Assembly (NCBI GenBank): GCA_012295275.1
Contig: CM022676.1
Coordinates: 8,680,001 to 8,744,000, forward strand
DNA from: Chrysomallon squamiferum
Lineage: Eukaryota > Animalia > Mollusca
Length of the DNA stretch: 64,000 nt
Direction of reading: 5' to 3'
In this document: in pieces, positions 1-52,775 of the stretch
How the letters are laid out: every line of letters begins with the position of its first letter
Position numbering within the stretch: position 1 is the stretch's first letter
The notes under the pieces: generated by a model
Seen by the model: the letters and a program-made list of their open reading frames with translations, nothing else
What the model was told of the DNA's origin: nothing
Database searches by the model: none
Translations under genes and position numbers: made by a program

Positions 1-3000
1 TTGTACATAATGATGAAAAAACCCTTCAGAACAGGAAGTAAAAATGGCAGATATTATGATGTTTCTCATATTTGTATTTTCATCAAACTTTATTATTAGC
101 AAAGGATAGTATGAAAAATATTATCCTTAAATTTTGTATCATAATATTTTGTTTTGTGTTTCATTTTTATTCATCTGTAAAACTACATGAAGTATCAGTT
201 ATATTTTTGTATTAATATTAATCATTAAACTTACATCAGAATTCCAGACAATCCAAAATTTTATTTACCTGTTCTTAATTTTTTGTTCTCTTTGTCCTTT
301 TTTTAAATTTACTAATTAAGATTTTGGTGGGGGGGGAGAAAGACAATGGATATCCTAAGCAGAGTTTCTTAAAGAAAAGAAAAAAAATTAACAAGACATT
401 TTGTATGTAATTTCTCACTAAATAAAAATCTTTTCTGAGAAATTATTAATATCATGATAAAAAAAAAAAAAAAAAAAGATTTAGAATTTAAAAAATGGAA
501 TTCTTACAAAGTATTAAGCAGAACAATAAGAAAAAAATCTATATCTTTAAATATATATTTTTACACACTTTGACATTTACATATTCTGCATTGTACGTTA
601 CTTTGCCTTGAACCATGCAGGTAACCATGGTTACTGTTGTATGGTGGTTTTTTTGTTTTGTGCACACAACCATAATGGTTACACCTTGGTTACATATGCA
701 TAACATTGTTTTGTAAACACAAACATAGAATATTGAGGTTACAACATTTAATATGATATTTGTACACTATTTTGATGAAGCAGCTACCTAATATATACAA
801 ACAGACTAATGATGAATATAATTTGATTTTCATTTTAAAATTATATGTAACTGTGAAAGAAAAAAGCAAAATTGTTGTTATTAGCAGCAGTCTTTTTATG
901 GGATTCAACTTTTTCTGTTAGGAATATCATTTTAAGTCTGCCTAATTTTTAAACTACACTAAAACCTTTTGAAAGATTTTTATTTTTATTTTTATATATA
1001 TATATTTTTTTAAATTTTGTTTCTGGTAGATTTTATTAAGAGCCAATAGCAACTGGAAATATTTAAAAGGCAGCTTATTTCATAAAGAAAAAAAAAGAAG
1101 TAATAAATAAATAAATACAAAGAATAATCCTAAATAAAAAATCAGAAAGAATTATAATGTGGGGCCTTTATTATTTCATTTCTTTACTTCATTTTAATAT
1201 TAATAAAGTAAATTACAACTGCTTTTGTATCTGAGCAATAAACAAAAATAAATAAAAGTAATAAAAGTAATAAAGAACAAAGGAAAGAAAGAAAGAGAGA
1301 AACAAAGAAACAACAAACAAATAAATAAATATTAAAACAAATTAAGGAACTTCAAATCAAGTAATGCATTCCAACTCAAAATTTAAATTTTGTTATTTTT
1401 AAAGATGGCCTTGTATTTACAATAATCACACACTTTTATAAACAAGCAAAAATATATCACAATGTCGCACTTACTTAAGCAATAATACTGCTGCACTTAA
1501 TGGAATTATCTTGTAGATGGCATGAGTTTTTGCAAGCTCTGTTACTATGGCAACACATCTTACAGTTAGAATGAATTAACTAGCACATAAGAATATAATT
1601 TAATTTGTAAGGTTGGAATTATTTTTTACAATTCAGTGCCTTTAAAGTACCAAAACAAAATATTTGTTATATTAAATATATAAATGTTACCTGAAGGTAA
1701 ATAATCTGAATTAGTTGTCTTCACTATTTCAAAACAATTGTTTAGCTGTTGTTGTAACGGTTATTCTGATTGGATAGATTTTCTTAGGCCAATTATAAAA
1801 CTGGATCTGGTTGGTTGAAATTTGAATAGTCTCCCATGCAACAAATGAAGTATGAAATTTTTACGATATGATTTCCTCTGAATTATGATTTAGAATTTTA
1901 TTGCTTTTTTTTACTTTTTAAAACTATTCTTTTAATACTATTCAGGTAAATGAATTAGATAGATATCCAAACTTCAACATCAAAACTATTTATTTAGTAC
2001 TACTTTTACTTAATATTTTTCAGGAACACTTGAAATATTTCTCTTTAATAATTACACTATCACATAAAACGTCAAAACTTTACATTTTAAAATTTATGTT
2101 GCAAAAATATAAATATATATATATATATAATATATATAAAAGAATGAGAAATATGTAACCATGACAACAATGCATCGACTCTCCAGTCTTGGTGTAGTTC
2201 TGATAGCTGCCATCAATTCTGATATTATTAATCACTGCATTATTTAGTTTATTGACATTTAATTAATTATTCGGCACAAAAACAATATCAATAGCTGCAT
2301 GTACACCATTATTATAATTGGTCTCTTTGAAAACAACAGACTTGAGCAGTTTGGTCAAAATTTTATTTATTTATTTATTTATTTATTTATTATTTATTTA
2401 CTTGCTTATTTCCAAAAATATTTATTTATCTGTCAGTTTGTTTATTTATTTATTTATTTATTTACTTGCTTACTTCCAAAAATATTTATTTATCTGTCTG
2501 TTTGTTCATTTTGCTACTTATTTATTTACTATAATTATTTTTCAAATTTATTATAATAAAAACAATTATTCTTTTTTAAGGCCAGAAATTATTAGAATTA
2601 AGATGAACAGAAAATCTTTTTCTCATACAGTATCTATTTAGGAAATATTTTTTGTAATTTGTTTCTTTGTATGGTTACTTTGCTAAGACTTAGAAATATT
2701 TTTTTATCAAACTTATGTATTTACATTATATGAATAATAGAATTTAGAAACATTAATTATTGTTGTATTTTATTACATAATATAATTTTTTTTAAAAACT
2801 AAGTGTACAATACCACATTTATTTTTATCACAGAATTACGACAGTATTAAATTTATTCAAACAGCTAATATTTTTATGCTGAATTTAAGGATAATTTTTC
2901 AGTGAAAATTAAATATGATAACTGAATTTTATCGTAAAACAAACTCTTCAGAAAATGAACAATATGGAAGTCGAAAAAAAAATATTTAACCGAATTCCGT

Positions 3001-3238
3001 CAATAAAAAAGAACTGAATTTTGACCATGCAACTGATTCGAGCCTGTTGTTTTTATAAATCACAAAATTAAATTAAGTTCTTCTCAATTTATTAAGTTTT
3101 TCACTCGAGTTGTAAAATGCGACACTGACAGTTATGTATACGACCCGCTAAATCGAACAAGTCTCCTTCAGAAAATGAGGAGTTTCTAATTTAAGTACAC
3201 AAAACAGAACATACAGACGAATTTCACAACAGACAGAT

Positions 3239-3269
<31 letters not shown>

Positions 3270-3872
3270 TAGCACAAGATTTCATCTACGAAACACAGTT
3301 AAAAATGAACATGGATTATGATCAGGTGTCAAGCATTTGCAGTTAATATTCTTAATGTTTTGAAATTTTTAAGTCTTAAATGATTTTTTTTTTTTTTTTT
3401 TTCAAAATGGTTTCAGTAGTGTGGAGTAAATGTTATCTGCTTATTATAGAAGGTGTGTTAAATAATATAATAATATTTGAGGTTTTGAGATACCAAAACA
3501 TAGAGTGAAATATCTAAAGAATTAAAGTATGAAATTAACTGAGATTGAATTTTCTTAATTTATCAGAATATGTTTTTTTTTTTAAGCTAAAAGATAAAAA
3601 AAAGAAATACATGTTTTATCCAAATATATTTACTTACTTTTTTTTTAATTTTTAAGTTTTTCTTTTCAAAATGTATATGATGTTTAAACAAAATTAATAG
3701 TGATTATCTCTTGATGTCCGAATGTATGTCCATTTAATCAGTATTTTATTCTTATTTGTTTTGTTTTATTTTTATTTTTATTTTTGTATTTTCATTGTTT
3801 CACACAGAAAGCTTATATTTCTGTCTTAAATTTAAATAATAATAATAAAATAATAATACTAATAATACTAAT

Positions 3873-3923
<51 letters not shown>

Positions 3924-5178
3924 CTTTAGATTTACTTATTATCACTGGAAAATTTATGTCTAAAGATTTATTCTCTAATGCCTTTCTTTTTGCAGATTTT
4001 ATCCTTTCACCAGGCTTGAACACAGATATCAGTGTCACACTTCTGTGTATGTATGAGATGTGTTTCCGTGATGGAAGTCACATAACCAGTATGAAAAATG
4101 GCTGCACATGAATAAGAAACACATGTGTGTTTTGCCAGTGATGTATAGTGTAAACCATAGTGAAAAAAAACACCACAAAATTACAAGAAATAACAGTGAA
4201 AATACCAGACAAAGTGAAGCAATAACAAATCTGAAGTAAATCATTTTAAGTCTTACATGAGATATTAAATAATTCTAAAAGTCTTACGTACAGTAATACA
4301 TAATTTTAGGTCTTATCTAAGCCATAGAAATCTTTTTTGTAGCATAAAAATATTTGTGCTTTTTCAAACAGCAGATAAACTGGCCATTTACATATGTGTT
4401 GATAAAGCTAAGCATTATGGTTTTATATGTGGATACATGTATTTCTTTTTTTTCTTTCAAAAACCTCTGAACAAGCTCAATTGCATGGTGATACATATAC
4501 TTTGCTGTATCTCTAATAAATCTCTTCTCATTATGCCAATAATAGCCAAATAAGTCTTGTCATTTTGATAATGATTAAAAAAATGTGTTTATTTTCAACA
4601 AAGCATGTTTCTTTTTGTATAATATCTTTTTAAACTTTTGTTCTTTTCTGTTTTTAAAGTGTTATCATTTATTTATTTATTTTTTTGTCTTTTGTTTAGT
4701 TAGTTTCTAGGATGTAAGGCAACAGTTTGCCTGACAGCAGGAAGGAATGTGTTTGATCAAATTACATGTGAATAACCAATCAGATACCTTGTTTCAAATC
4801 TGAAATACAATTAACCAATCAAATTACATCTCTCAAAATGAACTGAAAAGTTTACTTCCAAAATGGAAGTATCCAATCAAAGATCACTAAAACTGTAAGA
4901 TCCATTTAACTATATTCTTAAAGTGACCAATCCAAAACTGTGAACTTTTCCAATAGCCTGATCCTCACATGAGATTCATTAATTTTAATTCAGTTGTTGT
5001 TTTTGTTTTGTTTTTTTAATGTGTCAAGTTATATTTTTCATAATATCTCCATTTGGCACAACACAACACATTTCCTTTGGCAACACATAGAACATTATTT
5101 TAACTTCTGCCCTATTTTTGTCTTTGTACAGGTGCAACCTGAAATATCTTTTAAGTGGAGTTATCCCCCTTCAACCAT

Positions 5179-42336
<37,158 letters not shown>

Positions 42337-43972
42337 CTGGAAAGAAAATAAAATAAAAGAATAAAATTTATATTTAGTTTAGATAAGAAGAAATCTATAG
42401 TTTAAACTTTTGTGTGTGTGTGAAATAAGTTAACTGCGGTAGACGTAATAATTTGTACATGTGTGTGTGTGTATTTGTATGTATGTCTGTGTGTTTACTG
42501 TGTGTGAATGTCTCTGTCTGTTTGTCTCTTAGTGTATATGTTCGTATGTATTTATGTATATATGTATGTGTCTACATATATATATGTATCTATATATAAG
42601 TATGAATTTATCTATATGTGCATGAACGCATATATATACATATATATATATATATATGTATGTATGTGTATATACCTATATATGTGTATGACTGTATGTA
42701 AAAGGTAAAACAAAAAAGCTATATCCTTTGTTTCTGAATTTTTAGGGAATAAAACACAAACTCTAGTGATACAAACAATACTAAAATTTAGTGCGTTTTT
42801 GTTTTTATTAGTTTAATTTTTCATTTTCTTCTTTCTTTCTTTCTTTCTATAATAATTCTCCTCCGTAATATATAGTTTTAAATTATTAACGACACACGTT
42901 GCCATTCATTCATCCTTCCATCCATTCTTTCTTTCTTTCTTTCTTTCTTTCCTTACGGTTAACAGTACGCTGCAGCTGAAATATGCCCCAAAATATCGGT
43001 CAGCAAGAATTAACACAAATTAAAAAAAAAAAAAAATTAAATTTAAAATAAAAAAAATTAAAAAACATTAGTAATAATAATAGAAAGAAAATGCACAGCT
43101 GTGATTTCACGCTTATAATCCGGAAAGAATTAGAGAGAAACAGATTTAAAACTTTTTAAGCTGATTATAAAAATAGAAAATAATAATCCTACGATCAGAC
43201 GATATAAAAAAAAAAAAAAAAAAAAAAATTAAAAAAAAAAATTAAAAGATAATTTTTTTTTTAAATAATGAAAATAACAAAAATAACAAAATAAGAATAA
43301 TGATGATGTTAACAATAACTCTAATATTAACAAGAACAACAGTACTACGACTACTACTATTGCTAATAATAATGATGATGTCATCAGATTGTGAGGTCAT
43401 TGTTCTACATTCTGGTCACAAGCTCTGTGGTTAATCCGTGAGGTTTTTAGGTCAAATCTCAAAAGGTGAATTTCTATCCTTAAAGCATAAACGTACCCAT
43501 GCTGATAGAGGTAATCTGCTTATTTTGCTATATTTCGATGGAAACAAAACACCCCCTAAAAAAAATGAAACCCCAAACACAAACACTATATAACAAAAAA
43601 TAAATAAACAAACAAACAAACAAACAAACAAACAAACAAACAAATAAATAAATAAAAACACACTAAGATTCTCGGATCTTGTTTTCAGAACAGACGTCTT
43701 CTCATGATAACTATCAATAATTAAGTCTGTCTGAATTAATCTTGTCATATGAAATTGTAACCTTAACCCATCGTGTGACAGGGAGAGGAAATTAAACAGA
43801 GGTGTCAAGATTATTCACATCAGGAAGAGCTGATAAGTCGATTCTATCAGTTTTATTGAAAAATGATATCATTGTCGTGAGGGAAAAAAGATTAACAGAA
43901 CGGTAACCCTTAACACGAATAATTATAAAACAGCTGTGTCGTTCTCCTGGGTATTATTATTATTATTATTAC

Positions 43973-44008
<36 letters not shown>

Positions 44009-44101
44009 GTCGTCTCATCATTATCATTATTATTATTATTATTATCATTATCATTGTTGTTGTTGTTTTTGTTGTTTTTACTGCTGCTGCTGCTGCTGCT
44101 G

Positions 44102-44164
<63 letters not shown>

Positions 44165-44166
44165 TA

Positions 44167-44202
<36 letters not shown>

Positions 44203-44612
44203 GAAGTAGTAGTATTGTTATTACTCTCTCACCCACACCCACAGAACATTCATTTTCCTCCTTCGCTCTATTTTTTTCTTTTTTTTTACACTCTTTTCGT
44301 TTTCCTTTCTTTCTTTCTTTATTTTTATTATTATTTTTTTTTTTCTTTCCCTCATCTGTTACATGTTAATGGCTTCTTCATTCAATATGATATCTGTTCT
44401 CGGTTCCTGTGAGTGTTTATTTGATGAGCAATCTATCTGAGGACGAGAGGAGAAAAGTACGGGTAATTTAACAATGTCGTTAATGAGAAAAAAAAACTAT
44501 CTGTTGAGAGAGACCGGTAGTAGAGGGCGCCACGAAGCAGGTGCGGGGTCATCACTGGCGTGATCGCGTGACGTAATCAAAGTCAGTGGAATAGTCCATC
44601 GTGAGGGTGATT

Positions 44613-44647
<35 letters not shown>

Positions 44648-46323
44648 CGCAGGAGAGCTAATTCCGGCGAATCGTACAAGCCACATTTTTTAATTTTTTT
44701 ATATATTTTTTTAAATTTTAAGACAAACTAAGGAAAGAAAAGAAAGAAGAAAAAACAAAGAGACAGAAATAATAATAAAAATCAAGATTGGAGACAACTA
44801 ACTAAATAAATACATTTAAATCTTTACAGCCCTTTTAAAATTAAATATAATACATATAAACATTGTTTATGTGGGGTTTTTTCGTTGATTTTAAGTTACC
44901 GATTGTATTATAAAATTATAACGACAACGACAGTGATAAAAACAACTACTACTACTTTCCACTTCAACTTTATGATTGCTGCTGCTATTACGGATGTTAT
45001 TTCAACTTGCTACTGCAACTGCTAAAACAGTTACAACTACGTCTTCTGCTATTACTATAACAACGACAAGGATTTCTACTCAAACTGTTTCTATTAATTT
45101 TAGTACTACGACCACTACTACCGTTGCTTCTGTTATTATTTCTGTTACTACTGTTACTACAACCTTTCTGTTGTTACTACAACTACAGTAATAGCAATAA
45201 CAAAACAAACTAATACCAATACTATAATTGCTGTACTGCTACTGCTGCTGTTGATGCAGCTGGGTCTACAACAACTACTACTACCGCTACTGTTGCGGCT
45301 GCTGCTACAACAACAACAACTACTACTACTGTTGTGGCTACTACTACTATTCCTACTACTACTACTGCTGCTGCTGTTGCTGCTACTGTTCCTGTTGTTA
45401 CTGCTACTGTTGCTGCTACTGCTGTTGCTGTTGCTGCTGCTTCTACAACTACTACTACCATTACACAACCAAAACTACAAGGAGACGTGGCACAGATTCA
45501 TTACGTCACAAAACTCATTAAAAAGTTAATTTGGTCGACATGACCTCCAAATCCCTAACCCTTCCCGTCATTCCCCCTCAAAAATCAACAAGCAAGACCT
45601 CCAGCCAGTGCGCATGACGGCAACGAAACAGCAGAATTCCATTAGGTCTCCAGTGAGTATCGCGTTTTAGAAAAACACGATGTTCGATTCGTCGAAATGC
45701 AGCCAGGATATTGAGTTGCTGGTGTTCTAATTAGAATCGAAACAATCCTACGTGACGTTCGTTTCGTTTCGCGCTTTATCTCGCTCCTTGGAAAAACATC
45801 GTCCGCGAATTCAATCGGCAATTTCAATTAACTTTATGTGCCTCGTTCACGGGTTTATAGTTCTTTTACATGTAAAACGGTTGTTTACCCAATTGTCTCA
45901 TTTGTCAAAAAAAGAAAGAAATTAAAAAAAAAAAAAAAAAAAGAAATAAAATATCTTAGTTTCAATCCATCACCCAACGAATTTCGTAATAACAAAAAAA
46001 CAACAACGCGTCTAAACGTCGTATTGCGTGACGACAACGGGTTATCGTTCCTTGGCGATTTCCGGTAATTCTTTTGAAATGGAGTTACGATTAATGACGA
46101 CACCGGTCGACCTCTCGCGCGCTGGAAGAAAGGAAAATAACAAAAACATAAGTACTAATACGATAGCACCTGCAACTTCCTGCTTCGTGAAATCAGTAAC
46201 ACGGCGTTGTGGTTAAACCGTACTCTTTCGAGAATGGGACGAACCGGGATCGTGTGTCTATGGTGGAACCGATTCAGTCTAATAAGAAAAGATCAAAACC
46301 ATACTCACTCTTTATTGTTAATA

Positions 46324-46367
<44 letters not shown>

Positions 46368-47570
46368 TGCTACTGTTATCGATAAATGTATAACAAAGAT
46401 TATTGGATTATCGGCCCTTGTTAAGCTGGTTTGGATATTCAGTGATATTATTAATGGCAATTAATAAATACTGTTCAGTGCGTTTTGCTCTTTTGAGAGA
46501 TTTCAGCTTTCCCATAACTAAACTACTAATATCATTACTGCTACTACTACTATGCTGCTACTACTACTACTACTACTATTACTACTACAACAACAACAAC
46601 TACTACTACTACTACTACTACTAATACTAATAATAATGATGATGATGATGATGATGATGATAATGGTAATAACACCAACAATAATAACAAGAAGAAGAAG
46701 ATGATGAAGAAGATAAAAATTATTTTGTCAATATTCTCTATAACTGATAAATTTACTTTCTACGAGAAAAAGTTTAAATAAAAAGTTTTAAAAATTTATT
46801 CCGCTATTTTTTATATGCAAATTATTTTATAGAAGAGTCCAGCTTCTCATCCTAATACGTCAAAATTTAAATAAAATTATTAAATTTCTTTACCTAATTA
46901 GCTAGGCAATTCTTTTCATGAATATTATTTCATGAATATTATTTCATGAGTCTGAACATTATTACTGCGGCATGATGAATAAAATTATCAACAAATTAAA
47001 TAAATATTAAATTACTTGCTTTTTGATTCCTAATATTCCTTTATCCAAAAAATGAATGAAATTAAATATTTTTGTATTTTAAATAATAATATTAAAAAAA
47101 AAAAAAAAAAACACCAAAAACGAATTCTGAAAATTATAATTATTTTCATATTTCTTGCATGAAAATATGTTTAGGAAATTAATTTTGTTTTGTTTTTTTT
47201 CCCCACGAAAAAGGCATTTATTTTTTAATACAATTAATTTAGAATATTCACATTTTCTGGATGGAAATTACTTTGCTAAACTTCTCAATATTCTGACTGC
47301 AAAAATTATTTATCCAGAGAGAATACAGATTGAAGAAAATAAATTAATAAATTTAAAAATTAATTTTTAAATCTTTCATTTCCTGAATGGAATTAAACTG
47401 ATTAAACTGAGCCATATTTTTGCTAGAAGAAAAAAAAAAAAGAACGTACACATTTGGAAAACAAGTTTTTAAAAGTTTCAAATAAATTATTTTAGGGAAA
47501 AAAAAGGCTGATAAGTTCACTGAAGAAGAAAATATAAATTTATTCAAGATTATTATTATCATTATTAATA

Positions 47571-47638
<68 letters not shown>

Positions 47639-47930
47639 TTCTTTATGATATCTGAATGAGAATTACATTTGATAATTGAAATTACGTAATCCTTAAAATA
47701 TCTTGAAACAAATTATTAAAGAATAAAATTGAAATATATTATCAAAATAATAAATTAATAACTATAGAGGAAATAATAATAATACTAATAATAATGAAAA
47801 ATGATGATGATGATGATGAATATCATCATCATGATAACAATGACAATTAATATTACAATAATGATAATGGTAATAATAAACATTATTATGATGATCGATG
47901 ATCATAAAATCTCTTTATAAAAGAAAGAAT

Positions 47931-48185
47931 TAATAATCGAGTTTAACATTTTAATTAATTTAATCTGTTTTATGAAACAATTCAATTACAATTTCTTAAT
48001 TTAAGTAAAATTAGAAGAAAAAAAAATTCCGTTTGAATGCAACTCTGTAACATCGTGTAAAGAAAATATTTAAAGAATTTAAAATTTCAAACAAGAACGT
48101 GTTTTTAAAGTTTAAACAATTCAATCTATTTTATTAGCTACTTAGATTTTATTTTGATTCTTAATTACATACCACAACGAAAGCA

Positions 48186-48188
<3 letters not shown>
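47931..48188 (-). mobile_element. Unclassified interspersed repeat, copy 3 (inverted)
   Basis: Reverse complement of copy 2: aataatcgagtttaacattttaattaatttaatctgtttta...caatctattttattagc. Confidence 0.75.
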
Positions 48189-48253
<65 letters not shown>

Positions 48254-49260
48254 GGTGTTTTTTTTCACTGATATATTTAAGATATTGGACATTAAAATTT
48301 TTAAAATTTTTTAGATTAAATTTTAATTTAATTTTAATTCCTAATTCTGTGTACATATGTATGTATGTATGTATGTATTATTATTATCATAACTATTTGA
48401 GAAATCAACATTTTTCTCATTATTTGAACAATGTATAAAGAAATAAAAAAAAGAAATAAAGATGGAACAAGACAGACAATGATACACACACAGATTATTA
48501 ACAATATTAAAACAAAACTTAATACGGAAAAACATGTGCAAACACGCACACATAAACACAGACACACACACAACCAGTCTCTACACATATTTCCCGTTCT
48601 AGATAGAGCCCATCAAGTAAACAACACCAGAAATCTGATGTGAAATGAACATTTGGTAAGAATTTGATAATTTCGATCGGGAACATGCGCTAACTGTAAA
48701 AACCTATGTCATTTTCTCATGGGACAGTGACAAAGCGTGGGTCGATTTTAAGATTAAATAAAAATAATAAAAAAATAAAATAAAAAGAAAGGAAATTGAA
48801 AAAATATTCCCATACATTTCTTTTTTCTTTCTTTCTTTCTTTTTCTCCCCTGCTTTATTTTTTTTTTTTTTTTTTTACTATTGATTAACTATCAAACAGC
48901 TATTGAAACATCACATTTGATATTTTTGACAGATCGTGAATGTCAGGCAAGTTTCATTTTGAAAAGAATTAGTTTTTGAGAGAGAGAGAGATAGAAAAAA
49001 AAAAAAAAAAAAATACAAAAAAAAGATATAGATTTTTCAATTTACGTAAAGAAATGAAATATCCGAATGTTTTCGTTTTAAGAAAGAAAAAAGGCGAAAA
49101 AAGAGGTATAAAAAGTGATAGAAAAAATAAAATATTCGATAAATAATAACGATAATAAAAAAGGAATAAAAAGAAAGATAAATGTTACCACGTTTAGCAT
49201 AAACAAATAATATTACTGTAAAAACAATAACGAAACACGCGCACTACACACCTACACATA

Positions 49261-49298
<38 letters not shown>

Positions 49299-49416
49299 AA
49301 CTTACACACCAAACACAACACACACACATATTAACAAAGTTTAGCCCATTTGATTTATATTTCGGCTGACATATATGTGGTTGTAATATTTTAAGTACAT
49401 TTTATTTCACGTGCTG

Positions 49417-49463
<47 letters not shown>

Positions 49464-49659
49464 GTTACTACTACTACTACGGCTTCTACTACTGTGAATA
49501 GTACAGTTACAACCAGAACTACCAAGACTACTGTAAGTACGTCCAATACAATACTACACCAACTACAGCATTAGTATTATCACAGCATCTACTACTACAG
49601 TGACAACAGCATCCACTACTATTACTATTTATTATTATTAGTTTTATATTTATTATATG

Positions 49660-49717
<58 letters not shown>

Positions 49718-49739
49718 GGAGTGATCGCTATTTGTAACA

Positions 49740-50305
49740 ATTATTACGACTACAACCTCGTCATTTTTCTTCTTTTTTTTAAGACTCGACCCTTTAACAT
49801 TTACCACAACTACAACAACTTCGTTATTCTTAAAGTTTGATCTTTTGTAACAGCTTCGTCACACATTCTTTCTTCAAGTCCTTTATGTACAAGTTACTAC
49901 ATCTACGACAACACCATTATTTAAAGACTGGTCTTACTGTGTTACAACAGCAAGTACAACGACGATGTCATTCTTTCTTTAAGGAATGACCCTTTTCTGT
50001 ATCAACTACAACAACGAAATCATTCTTTTTTTAAAGACTGACATTTTCTCTAACAACTACAACAACGGCATCATTCTTTTTTTTTTTTAAGGACTGACCC
50101 TTTTCTCTAACAACGACAACAACGTCATTCTTTTTCTTTAAGGACTTCCAGCTTTCACTTACAACTTACAACGACCCTGAACTTCATGCACTGATCTTTT
50201 CCACTAAGAACCTCGTTTTTTTTTTCTTTCTTTCTTTCTTTAAGGACTGATCCTTTTCACTTACAACAACTACAACAACGTACGTCGTTATTTCTTTAAG
50301 GGCTG
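49740..50305. repeat. Degenerate ~50-60-bp tandem repeat, about 9-10 units
   Basis: acaacaacg..tcattcttt..ttaaggactgaccctttt recurring. Confidence 0.8.
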
Positions 50306-50888
50306 GGCTTCCTCATACATGAGTTAACGGTACTTAGAGAGACGTTATTTGTACCACTTAACCTTGGGAACAACAGCTGTTTAAGCGTATTGTGCAACAG
50401 AACTAACCGAAACACGCGTTTCCATGTTTACCGAAATGTTTAACTCGAACGCGACCACAATACGTAAAGCCCCACAGCACGTGCAAGTACGCGGCACATT
50501 TCGCTCCGCGGTCAATCGAGACCGCACGAGACTGTCGCGTGTCACGTGCATTATGTTATGGCGGCGGTTTAAAACACGAATTTTCGATTTTTTGCTGTTT
50601 GTTTCCAACGCTGTTGGGATTTTTTTCTTTTTTTTTTTGAAGATCGGTTAGCAAACTGTAAATGCACGTGCCCAGCGCGCGCTTCTCTCGAGCTAATTAC
50701 CGCGAAAATTTTCTTTCGGGTTTTTTGTGTTCTTTGGAACGAGAGAAAATTAATGTTTGTTTAACACAGTGGAAATTCTGTTGTAAACCACGTTCGTTGT
50801 CTCTGCTTGAGCTGAATACGACACGTAAGAATCTTTTATCCAGGCAATACATGATGATGATGACAATGATGATGATGATAATGATGAT

Positions 50889-50924
<36 letters not shown>

Positions 50925-52698
50925 TATTATTATTATTATTATTATTAGAAGTAGTAGTTGTAGTAGTAGTAGTAGTACAATCAATAACTCGTAGTATAAT
51001 GATAGTGGTAGTAATAGTAGTAACAGTATGGTAACAACAACAACAACAACAATAACAATAATAATAATAATAATAAGAGAAGATGAGTATTTTTTATTTT
51101 TTTATTTTTTATTTTTATTTTTTTAAAGTATATATTAGATTGAAGAGACGATATTTAAATATTTACATAGCATAAAAACAGTAACATAATGACATCGCCT
51201 ATAATGAGATTCGATCTAGAAGCTTTCTGGCTACCAAGTGATAGCTTTACAAATCTCTGGTAACTCTATTTTAACAAGAAAAAGGTTTTTTTTAGAAATA
51301 CGATTCTGATCGACCAGTCAATAATCAAGTATTTGCAGAAGGCGAAATAAAACGTTAAAATAGCCACTTTTATTTGTCTTGGACTTTGTTTGGTCGTAGC
51401 CATGTCAACCATTGCACGTGCATTTCGTGTTTGGAAAACGGAGAGTAATTCATTACCGTGATAGTGAAGAGGCGATTTTTTTTTTTTTTTTATTTATTAA
51501 TAACTGTATTTTTAATTGTTTGATCAAGAAGGATTTTGGTTTAAAGGTTTCAGGCTAACATCTGTTTGAAGAGAAAATAACGTAGAACTTACAACACATG
51601 TCATTTCATTAGATGATTTCATTCGGATTTCAACGCTTTTCCATTTTTAGTATGGTTTCTTTTTATTTATTTATTTATTTATTTATTTAATTGTTGTTGG
51701 TATTATAGTAGATAATAATAATATTATTAACCAGATAATAATAATAATAATAATCATAATAATAGTAATAATAATCATAATAATAGTAATAATAATAATA
51801 TTATATTCAAAATAAAAATAAAATACCAAAACTGCCGATACAAGTTTCATTACTTCTCTACTAAAAGTAAAGATGACGTCAGTAAATGAATGACGTCATT
51901 GGTTGGTACAAGGCCAAGGATGGGAATGGAGTGTATAAGTAATTTTCAGTTTAATATTATTAAAATGAAATGAAATGAAATAATCTGCTTTCAGTTTTCG
52001 GACAAAATTTTATACTTAATTTAATTAAATTTAATTATCCTTAATTAACTTACTTTCCTCACCTTCCCAGTTCAAAATGAACAAATTTTCCGGTACATTT
52101 TTGAAAGGCTAAAATCAATCATTTGCATTAACTTAATAATAACTAGCTACCGTCATTATGTTATTTAACTTATTAAATCATTGAATTTTCTGAAATAAAA
52201 CATACATTAAATTATAATCATAAAATAAATTAAAAAAAAACATAAACCCATTAAATTATAAACACAATAAATAAACTATTCACTGAATTTTAACACTTAC
52301 AGAGAGTAAATTTAAAATGTTATTTTATTTATTAGTCATAAAAGTTTAAAACGTTTAAACTACAAAACTGCAATAAAAATGTGGTTTTTTGGTTGTTGTT
52401 TTTTTATATATATATATTTTCTATTTTAATAGCAGTTTTAAAATGACTAATATTTTTTCTTAATTTACGCTATTATTGCATGAACCATAAAAAGATTTTT
52501 TATTAAAAATTATTATTATTTTTTTATTAATCATAAAACTTTTAAAACCACCAAACTGCAGCATAAAAAATTCCAAAAAGAGATTTTTTTTTTTTTTTTA
52601 TCAAATAAAACTGATTAAAATTTAATCCCAGCCTTGAAACCAGACATCAAATATAAAAATATTACATCTGTTGATAAACATTTTTTTTTTCTCCCACA

Positions 52699-52775
<77 letters not shown>

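Noticed and set aside
2930-3270. CpG-richer patch with a direct cttcagaaaatga repeat, ending in poly-A (retro-insertion?)
   Set aside because: I found no target-site duplication or second copy in the window
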